A DNA stretch of 64,000 nt, taken from assembly GCA_004431415.1 (NCBI GenBank), contig QPMI01000520.1, forward strand, positions 1 to 64,000, written 5' to 3'. The position numbers and the translations under genes were made by a program. Source of the stretch: Cyanophora paradoxa CCMP329. Its lineage: Eukaryota > Plantae > Glaucophyta. The notes below the pieces were generated by a model. It saw nothing but the letters and a program-made list of their open reading frames with translations, made no database searches and was not told the DNA's origin. Shown here piece by piece: positions 48,075-57,821 of this stretch; position 1 is the first letter of the stretch, and the number at the start of each line of letters is the position of its first letter.

Positions 48075-51000
48075 ATGCAGCGCGGGTGCGAAGCCGCCCG
48101 CCTCGCCTGGCTTGCGTACACGCGCGCTGATGCCGCTGCGCTGGCCAGGGGCAGAGGAGGCGGCCGCGGGAATCCGCAGGACCGCCCGCAATCCGCGCAA
48201 GGCAGAGGGCGTGGCGGTACTCAGCCGTCTCGCCCACAGACCGCTCAGGCCGGCCCTTCAGGTGCTGGCGGGCCCGGGCCTTCCGGCCGCGGAGCCGGCC
48301 GAGGCGGGACGCCCATCGGGCAGCAGCACGCGCTCTCCAGACAGGATGCGGATAGGCTGCACGCGGACCTCGTTCACATGAATCTCGGGGCCGGTGGTGG
48401 AGCTCCGGCGGCGGCTCCGGCGCGCCGCGGGGGCGACAGTTCCTCCGCGGGCTCCGGCGGCACGAAAGAGAGCGCCCGCCGCCGTCGCGAGGGTCCTGGT
48501 CCGCTCTCGTGCTCGTCTTTTTTGCGAGCGTTCTTTCCTGACGGTGCCGTGCCGAGCGCAGCCGAGAAGCAGATGCGAGACGCGGATGTGAGCGTTCCGA
48601 GGCGCCCGCCGAGCCAGCCCGTCGGCACGCCCGTCCAGCTCCTCAGCAACCACTTCAAGGTCCTCGCGCGCCCCAGTGGAGAGCGGCGGGTCGTCCGGCA
48701 GTACCAGGTCGACTTCATCGTGCGTCGTGCCCGCCCGCCCTGCCTCCGATGCCGCCGCCGACGTCCCGGGCCGCAGCCGGACGTGCCCAGCATGCGCGCG
48801 CGCCAGTTCCTCGTCGGCCGCGTCCGCGAGCGGTTCTCGCCGTACATCTTCGCGGGGACCCTGCTCTGGACGCCGAACCTGCTGGATGACCAGGACATCG
48901 ACGTCGGCGAGATGCACGGCACGCGATACACGATGCACCTCACCCGCACCGTCGACGGAGTGGACATCGCGAGCCACCCGATGGCGCGCCCGGGCCCGCC
49001 CCCGCCCCCGCCCGCCTCGCCGTGACCGATCGCATCGCCGGCGCGCAGGTCCTGAACAACCTGGTCAGGCAGGCGCTGCGACAGCTGCACATGGTTCAGA
49101 TCCGGCGGAACTACTTCGACAGCGCCCCCGGGGGCATCGCGAGCTTCCCGCAGCTGAGGATGGAGATGTGGCCGGGGTTCGTCACGGCGGTCAACCCCCA
49201 CGACGCCTTCGTCTCCGTCAACGTCGACTCCATCTGGAAGGTCCTCCGCACCGGTGCCCCGGCCTCCTCGGTCCCCGCCAGCGCTCCGCCGGCCCCTGAC
49301 CGCCTCCGCCAGACACCGTCCTGGACACGATCACGCAGATCGCGCGCAGCGTCGCCCCGAACGAGCGCCGCGTGCGCATCCGCGAGGCCCTCCTTCACTC
49401 CATCGTCCTCACGCGGCGCGCCCCTCTCTCTTCAAACGGTTTCGCCTGCCTCTACAAGCTGAGGCCGCCTCGCAGGTACAACAACCGCACGTACCCCGTG
49501 CACGACGTGGACTTCGCTCGCACGCCCCTGAGCCCGATTACGTTTGAGTGGGCCGGGCATGGCACCGCGACCTTCGCTCAGGCTCGCCCCGCCCTACTCC
49601 CGCCCGGCCTCGCCTCCGGCCGAATTCCCCTCGCGCGTGCCCCGCAGTACTACGAGCAGGCGTGGGGGATCACGGGGCTCGTTCCCAGCCAGCCCCTCCT
49701 CGTCTCTCGCAAGAAGGCCCGTGCCGCTCTCGAGAGGACTGGGCGCTCGCTGTTAACGTTCTGAGGCCGGCGCAGAGACGGCAGCCGGACGGGGCGACGG
49801 TCGAGCAGACGCTGCACCTCATCCCGCAGCTGTGCTTCCGCACGGGGATGTGAGCGCCCGCCTCACAGCCTCGCGCCCCGCGTCTCACGCACGCCCCGCA
49901 GCGCCCCCGAGGACCGCCGGAACCGCTTCGTCATGCAGCAGCTGACGGGGACGGCGGCCGAGCCGCCGGGGCAGCGCGCCTCCCGCGCGACGCAGTTCCT
50001 GGCCCGCCTCCTGTCGAACCCAGCGGCCGCGGAGCAGCTGGACAACTTCGGGGTGACGCTCGACCCGAACATGGCCGCCGTCCCGGGCCGCGTGCTGCCC
50101 GCCCCGGTCGTCAAGGGCGGGCCCACCGGCAGCGACCAGCTCAACCGCGAGGACCGTGCGCAGGGCTCCCACCCCACTCACTTCGCCGCGGCTCGCCCGC
50201 CCGCTGAGCGTCGCGCAGCGTACGAGTGGATCAGGGGGCTGCGCTCCAGGCGCCTCCCGAACCCGAAGCCGCTTCGCAAGGGCGAGTGGGCGGTCGCCTA
50301 CTGCGCGAACGACGGCAAGGAGTACGACGCCGCCGAGGAGATCGTCGCCAAGCTCCGCCAGGCCCGCCCCGCCTCCCGCCCGCCCCCGATCCCTTCCGCG
50401 CAGCTCTCACCCCGCCGGCGCAGTTCTCCGCCCCGATGGGCGCCACGGTCGACGAGCCGACCTGGATCGAGGCGCCGCCCCGTCCCTCCCTGCCGCCCTC
50501 GAGACCGCGAACGACGCGAGGGCCGGGGCAGGTGGCGTCGCCGCACCCGGGGGCGTACGCGGAGGCCATCCTGAAGGCGCTGGGGGCGCGGGCGCGGCCC
50601 TTCGCGATCGTCCTCGTGCTCCTCCCGACGGACGACAAGGACCGCTACGACGCCCTCAAGCGCCTCCTCCACGTCGAGCGCGGCCTCCCCATGCAGGGCC
50701 TCGTCACCAGGCGGGCCCCGCGCCCCGCGCCCCGCGCCCCGCCGCCCCGCCGCGGCCGGGCTGACGGCTGTGCAGGCGCTACGACAAGCAGCGCGGGTGG
50801 AACGCCTCCGTCGTCACGAAGCTTGCCCTGCAGATGCAGGCCAAGCTCGGTGCCTGCCTCTGGAACGCCCAGGCACGCCCTCCCGCCCCGCCGGTCATGC
50901 TTCGCGCCGCGTGACGGCCGGCGCCGCGCAGCTGCCGCAGGCGCCGCAGGTGCAGAACGCGATGTTCATCGGGGTCGACGTCTGCCACCTCGCCGGCCGG

Positions 51001-52057
51001 TCAGCGGGCGCCCGGGGTGGCGCCGCCTGCGGCCCCGGCGGCGCGGGGCCCTAACGGCCCCGCAGGGCCTCAGTGGCGGGCTTCGTGGCGTCGCTGCGAC
51101 CGCGCGTGGAGGGCGGCGAATACTTCGCCCAGACGAGGAAGCAGGAGGCGGGCGGGCAGGAGCTGATGGACCACCTGGGGGAGTGCCTGAAGGAGGCCCT
51201 GGAGCTGTGGCGGAAGCGCAACAAGGGCGGCCTCCCGAGCCACGTCTTCTTCTACCGCGACGGCGTCGGCGACGGGCAGCTCGCCGAGGCCCGGCCCCCG
51301 CGCCCCCTTTCCTCTCAGCTCCGCCGCTGAGCGGGGCCGGCAGGTGGTCGAGCGCGAGGTCACCAAGGTCGAGGAGCGCCTCCGCGCCGCCGCCGCCCCC
51401 CACGACCCGTGCGCCCCGCCCCGCCCCGCCCCTCTCCGCTGCCGACGCCGGACGGCAGGCCCAAGCTCTGCTTCATCGTCGTCAAGAAGCGCATCAACAC
51501 GCGCTTCTTCCTCCGCGAGGGCGCCGCGTGCGCCCCGGCCCCTGCTCGCCCCCGGCCTCGCCCCCCGGGGCTGAGCTCGGGGGGCAGGGTGCAGAACGTG
51601 CGGCCGGGGACGGTGGTGGACAGCGTGGTGACGCACCGCGGCTGGTACGACTTCTTCCTCGCCTCCCAGCACGTCACCCAGGGCCCGCCCCCGCCCCGCC
51701 CCCGCCCCCGCCCCGGCCCCCGCCCCCGCTGCTGACGTGGCGGGCAGGGACGGCGACGCCGACGCACTACCACGTGGTGCGGGACGGGACGAACGTGGAG
51801 CCGGCGAAGCTCCAGCTCCTCACCCTCGCCCTCTGCTACGCCTACGCGAACTGGACCGGTGCGCTCCCGGCCGGCGGCTGCTGGCGCAGGCGCGCGCCCT
51901 CGGCGATCTGACGGGGCGGGGCGGGGCGGGGCGGGCAGGGCCGGTGAAGGTGCCGGCGCCGTGCCAGCTGGCCCACAAGCTCGCCTTCCTCTCCGGCCAG
52001 TCCCTCCAGGCCCGCGACGCCGCCCCCGCCCTCCGCACCACCCTCCACTTCCTGTAA
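48075..52057 (+). CDS. piwi: PIWI-clade Argonaute protein with intact DEDH tetrad (21 exons modelled)
   Basis: RG-rich N-terminus; [11 protein letters not shown]; PAZ IVLTR|YNNRTY..TFAQ|YYEQ..QPLL..LIPQLC; [23 protein letters not shown]; [69 protein letters not shown]; C-terminal LHFL*. Confidence 0.95.
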
Positions 52058-52721
52058 TCACATGATTTGAAATTCGAATTTGAACGAGAGCCACATACAT
52101 GCTGCTGCGCATGCTGCTTGGCGGGCAGGGCGACCTCAAATCGATTTCTGCCGGGCCCGGCCGCGGGGCGGTGTGCCGGGCTGGGTGCACGTGGGGCAGA
52201 TAGATGAAGAGGAGGCAGGAGCGTCGGGGCGGGGCGGGAGCTAGGTACCGATAGCTGAGCGTGAAAGCGTGAAAGCGTCGCGGCGGCGGCTATCGAGGCT
52301 CCAATGCATGCGCATGCAGACTTAAGCTTGAAAACCTGCTGCGTGTGCGTGTCAACGCGTACGCCTGTCCGCGCGCAGCCGGGGCGCATGCAGCTCGAAG
52401 AGCGCACGACGCTGGCACCTGCATATGCATGCGCAGCTGACAGCTCCGGCGCGGAAAGCTTTTGAGCACGTACGCATGGATGGTCTGAGCGCGCAGGGCG
52501 CTCGGCCGGGCCGAGAGCTCGTGAATAGCACCGCGCGGGGAGCGTGAACGCTGCGTGCGTGCGGCCGGCGTCGACGTCGCAGCATTTCGAATGGGCCAAA
52601 TTGCAACGCGAAAGCTCGAGGTACCTGTACCCGTTTTGATCCTCAAATAAAAAGCGCAACGGCTCTTTCAAGTCCTCAGTCTTTTTGCGATCCTCGCAAC
52701 GAGACTACCCAAAACAACGCT

Positions 52722-54341
52722 ATGGCGTGCGAAATGGATTTCGAAGTGAACGATATTCTCAAGTCTTCTTTCGACGCGCCCCTGACGCGAGTTGCGCCCT
52801 CGCGCTTCGAGCGGAAGGCGGCCGAGAAGAAGGGTCGGACCCCCAGCAAGACCCCGTCTGCGGACCGCTTCATCCCGAATCGTTCGGCGATGGATTTCGA
52901 GGTTTCCCACCTCAACCTGAGCGACCAGGAGAACTGCAACCCGGCCAGCCCGGCCAAGGAAGAGGCGAAGAAGAACCTCGCGGATGCTCTGCTTGATGGT
53001 GCGCCCCGATCGCCTTTTTCAGAGTCTCAAGCGCTTCTAGAATGCGTTTTCGTTGCCGGCGCCGGGCCTCACGCTGATTTCGGAAACCGCGATCCCAGGC
53101 CGCGAGAAGGCGAAGATCCTCGCGTTCAAGACCAAGGCCCCGGCTCCCGAGGCAGGCTACCAGAACAACCTGCGGGTTCTCTACACACAGAACAAGTTGG
53201 AGAAGCTGTGTGAGCCTAAGAAGGCGAACCGCAACATCCCGCAGTGCCCCGGTGCGCGCGATCCCTTCACCCCCACACCCTCGCCCGCGCCTACGGCTGA
53301 AATCGGATCGCAGAGCGCATCCTCGATGCGCCGGAGATGGTTGATGACTACTACCTCAACCTCCTCGACTGGAACGCCGAGAACATGCTTGCGGTGGCCC
53401 TTGGCAAGACGATCTACCTGTGGAACGCCGGCTCGGGCTCCATCACTCAGCTGATGGAGACCTCTCAGCCCGACGACTACGTGACGAGCGTGTCGTGGAT
53501 CCAGCAGGGCAACATCCTTGCCGTCGGCACCAACCAGTGCTCCGTGCAGCTGTGGGACGTGACCAAGCAGAAGCAGCTGCGCGAGATGCGCGGCCACACG
53601 GCCCGCGTCGGCAGCCTTGCGTGGAACAGCCACATCCTCTCGTCCGGCAGCCGCGACTCGAACATCCACAACCACGACGTGCGGATTGCCCAGCACCTCG
53701 TCTCGACCTTCGCCGGCCACCAGCAGGAAATCTGCGGCCTCAAGTGGAGCACCAACGGCACTCAGCTCGCCTCGGGCGGCAACGACAACATCCTCAACAT
53801 TTGGGAGATGTCGCGTCAGCAGCCCCGCTTCACCATGGACCACCACATGGCGGCCGTCAAGGCCCTCGCGTGGTGCCCGTGGCAGCGTGATCTCCTGGCC
53901 TCGGGTGGCGGTACCGCAGACCGCACCATCAAGTTCTGGAACACCACTACAGGCCCGCCCCTTCTCCTCCCGCTTCCTTTTCCTTTTCTTTTCCTGACTC
54001 GGCGGCGTCGCGCAGGCGCGCTCCTGAACTCTGTGGACACGAAGTCCCAGGTTTGCGGCCTGATGTGGAGCCGGAACGATAAGGAGCTCCTCTCGGCGCA
54101 TGGCTTCAGCCAGAACCAGCTCACCGTGTGGAAGTATCCGACGATGACTCGGGTGGCGGAGCTCACGGGCCACACGGCACGCGTGCTCCACCTGGCGATG
54201 TCTCCGGATGGCTCTACGGTCTGCTCGGCGGCCGCCGACGAGACTCTTCGCTTCTGGCGCTGCTTCTCTGCTCCCGAGTCGAAGGCGACTTCGAAGGGGG
54301 CGGACGGCGCCGGTGCGTTCTCTACCCGGTCTATCCGGTAA
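52722..54341 (+). CDS. CDC20: APC/C co-activator CDC20 (Fizzy), 4 exons
   Basis: C-box DRFIPNR, CDK sites (TPSKTPS), Mad2-binding [29 protein letters not shown]40 repeats, C-terminal IR tail (RSIR*). Confidence 0.95.
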
Positions 54342-54492
54342 AGGGGTCCAAACAGGGTGCGCGCGCGCGCGTTGCTATGCCTCTCGCTCGCACACCCCTC
54401 CGGCGCCCCCCGCGCCGCCCCGTGTACTTTACGCGCACTCGCAGTTAAGAAAAGGAGCACTGTCCCTGCCCTTCGTGGCGGGCCAACCCTCC

Positions 54493-54624
54493 GGCGTTTC
54501 TAAACGCCTTCCCCTCTCTTCGTCCCTTGTTAGCATTTACTTATACGGCGTCTCTAGACGCCTCCCTTTCAGCACCTTCGGCGTCTCAAGACGCCTGTCA
54601 GCTGCACAAGCGTTTCTGAACGCT
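54493..54624 (+). promoter_or_regulatory. Array of four 16-nt stem-loops (6-bp stem, 4-nt loop) of histone 3' stem-loop geometry downstream of CDC20
   Basis: GGCGTT-TCTA-AACGCC (54493-54508), GGCGTC-TCTA-GACGCC (54547-54562), GGCGTC-TCAA-GACGCC (54580-54595), AGCGTT-TCTG-AACGCT (54609-54624). All stem differences are compensatory. Confidence 0.75.
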
Positions 54625-54796
54625 CCCTGCCTTCCCTGTGTTCCTTTCCTAGTTAGTAGTTATAGTGGTCTTCGCTTCTGAGAACCTTAGATGCTAATAT
54701 GCAGAGCTTGCGTAGAGATTGTCCCAGACAATGTACAATAACTACAGTGGATTACAACATTCCTTGGAGGAAGAGGGGCGCCGTGGCGGAGCCCGT

Positions 54797-57725
54797 CTAG
54801 GGGTCGGCGCTGTCGCCGTTCTTGAGGCCGGGCCGGTAGGAGAGGCGCTTGGGCTGCCCACGGGAGGGCTCGGTCCCGTGGAGGTAGATGAGGCGGGTGC
54901 GGAAGAGCTCGCCGCTCGGGAGCAGGCGCCACGCCGGCATGCGCCCGTAGCGCCCCGCCCCGCACATCTGCGGGCAGAGGGCGCGTCGGCGGGCGGCGGG
55001 GGGAAGGCGCGGGGTGCGAGGGTGCGCGGGCCTGCATGTCGAGGGCGCCGGGCCAGGCGCGGGGCGAGCCGAGGGCGGCGCGGACGGCGGAGAGCAGGGC
55101 GGAGCCCAGGCGGCGGTACCTGCGGGGCCGGCGGTCAGGGCGGGCGAGGCGGGCGGGCGGGGAGGGGCGGACCAGGCGGCGACGGCGGGGTCGCGGAGCC
55201 ATGCCGAGGGGGTCGCCCGGGCGTCGAGGAGGCGCGCCCAGACGTGCAGGCCCTGCGAAATCGGGCGGCTCGGGCCCCAGCAGGGGCGAGAGGGGAGGAA
55301 GGGAAGGGGCGGGCGGACGGTGGGGCCGGTGAGGACGACGGCGACGGCGCCGTCGGCGGCGCCGTGCTCCGGGGGCGCCGGCGGGGCGGCCCCGGGCTCC
55401 CCTCGCTCAGCTTCCCGCTGTAGGGCGGCAGGCCGGCGATCTGCAAGGGGCGGGGGGGCGGTCAGGCGGGGCGGAGGCGGGGCGGGGCGGGGCGGGGGCC
55501 GGGCCGGGCCTGGGAGTCGGCGGCGAGGATGGCGGCGAGGCGCTCGGAGAGGGCGGCGAGGGCGCGGGGGTCGGCGGCGAGCTGCGGGAGGCCCTCCAGG
55601 CGGTCCAGGTCGAAGAGGAGGTACTCCTGCAGCCACGGCTCCCACCGCGCCGGCAGCAGCCGCTCCGCCGCCCACGGCGCCGCCTCGAAGGCCACGGCCC
55701 GCATGCGGGAGACGGAGAGGAGGCGGGCGGGGAAGGCGGGGCTCGAGGCCGGGGCCCCGGGGCCCTCGGGGTCGCCGGCGGGCGGGGAGTGGAGGAAGAG
55801 GGCCTCCGAGGCGAGCGCGCGGGCGGCCGCCGTCGAGCTCCGCCGCTCCGCCGCCAGCAGCGCCGCCAGCACGCCCCGCCCCGCCCCAGCGCCACCGGCC
55901 GCGTCCGGTACAGGCTCCCGTCCCCCGCGCTCCGCAGGTCCGTCCGCAGGTGCCGCAGGTAGGGCCGCAGCGCCCCGGCGGGGCCACGCAGCCGCCGACG
56001 GGGGGCGGCAGCGCCCGCTCCACGCCGGCCTCGGGCCCCGCCGGCTCGGCCGAGGACGCCGGGTGCGCCGGCGGCTGCCCGAGAGTCCCCTGGGCTTGCG
56101 GGGCCGCCCGCGGCGCGGGGTGGCGAGCCACTCGGCGGCGGCGAAGCGGGTGAGGCGGCCGGCGCGGGCGGCGGCGGAGCGGAGGGCGGGGTCGCCGCCG
56201 GCGCCGCGCCGCATGTAGGCCCGGCGGGAGCTCGTGGGGGACTTGCGCCACCAGTACGTCAGGGGCCTGCGGCGCGGCGCGCTCAGCGCGATTGAACGGG
56301 GCGCGCGGGGTGCGGCGGCACCGGCGCTGGCCGTCCTCGCCCCGGACGGTGCAGACCATGCAGCGCGCCGAGCCGCAGGTCCCGTCCTCCGCCGACGCCC
56401 ACATCACGAGGCTCGGGTGCCGGTCGCCCCGCCGGTGGCCCGCCCGCTGCCCCGCGGCGTCAGCGCGCGCGCCTGGAGCGGGGCGGGGGCGGGCGCGCGT
56501 TGGGGCAGTGGACGGCGACGGAGGTGCGGCTGTCGGGGAAGCGCGGCACGTCGACGACGAGCTCGTCGCTGGCGGGGCCCGAGGCCGCGGCCGCCGGCCA
56601 CGCCAGCGGCGAGCGCGCGCCGTGCCCCAGCAGCGCCGCCGTCAGCTCCTGCAGCTTCCCCGCCGACATGAGCACGTGCCGCCCAAAGCGCCGCCTCCGG
56701 CTCTTGTCCCTCAGCTTCACGCCTGCGACGGCGGCTTCAGCGCTGGGAGGGCCCCCTTCGAGCGAGGCGTGGAGGAGGGCCGCCGCACCGAGGCGGGCGG
56801 CCGTGCGGGTGTCGACCTCCGTCCAGCCGACGACATCGCGGAGCGTGCTCCAGCCGACCTTCGCGATGTAGTAGCTCACGTCCGGCACGCGGTCGACGTA
56901 CGCCGGGCACCTGCAGCCGCCGCGGGGCGTGAGTGCTGGCTGCCGCCTACGGAGCACAGCGGGGGACGCACAGCTCGAAGTACATGAGCGACTCGCCGCC
57001 GTAACCGAGAGCCTCTAGCTCCTCTGCGCGGCTTTCAGAAACGCCGGTGTGGGAGATCGCGCCAGAAAGCTCACCATCCATGCCCGTCACAGGTTGGGCG
57101 CGGGCGGCGACGGTCAGGAGGCTGCCGAGAGGGCGTTAGCTCATACGTCAGCTTGCATAGGGGCAGAACCGGCTTAGACTCACGCGAAGAGGGTCGCCAT
57201 CGCGCCGAAGCCGGACGTCTTGCTCGATGCGGCCAGCAGGTCGCGCAAGCGCTCATGGTCGAGGGCCTCGAACGCCGTCGTCAGATCAATACGCGTTTTT
57301 CGCCCCTCGTCGAAAGCTCGCCGCAGCTCCTCGACTGCCCGCGCAGATCGTGCTTGGAGAGGCGCTGGCGAGTGCGTCGCGGTCTCTCCCCGAAGCCGCG
57401 GCTCGGGCGGGACGCGGATGCTGAACGCCGCGCGGCTGAAGCTGTCGAGCAGCGCGTCGAAGCTGTCCGTGTGCTCCTCCGCGTCCACGCTCGAGCCGTA
57501 CGCCCGCTCGGCCGGCGGGGGCTGCGGAGGCGCATGTAACTGGTCGAATTCCTCGCGGAAATCGCACGTGGGGCCGTCAAAGGCCCGCGGCGTGCGCCTG
57601 ACAGGTCGCTGGCTGACCAAACCCAGCGGACGGAGCCGCGCTGGCGCCAGCGACGCCAGCTGGTGCTTCGGCGCCTGCAGGCGACCGCCGGGCGGTGCCA
57701 GGACGCCCCCCGCGAACGAGGCCAT
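54797..57725 (-). CDS. Uncharacterised protein with a plastid transit-peptide-like N-terminus; internal exons only partly resolved
   Basis: MASFAGGVLAP... Arg/Pro/Ser-rich leader, then globular-looking exons (RIDLTTAFEALDHERLRDLL, CPAYVDRVPDVSYYIAKVGW, WEPWLQEYLLFDLDRL, WRLLPSGELFRTRLIYLHG). Stop TAG at 54799-54797. Could be two genes. Confidence 0.5.
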
Positions 57726-57821
57726 CACGGCCGATCTGGGGTACGCAGCTCTGAAGTCTTGATCTGCGCACAATCGGCAAGCGGCAAGCGCTGCATGGAG
57801 GGCGAATCGGGAGGCCGAACG
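57726..57821. promoter_or_regulatory. Very short divergent intergenic region (putative bidirectional promoter)
   Basis: Only 96 bp separate the inferred ATGs of the minus-strand MASF gene (57725) and the plus-strand MVAF MFS gene (57822). Confidence 0.4.

Noticed and set aside
48086-51939. Introner-type mobile introns
   Set aside because: Introns share only low-complexity CCCCG/GGGGC content and splice signals; no extended identity, terminal inverted repeats or target-site duplications were seen.
54493-54624. CRISPR-like array
   Set aside because: Repeats are only 16 nt, spacers are irregular (38/17/13 nt), there are no cas genes and the context is eukaryotic.
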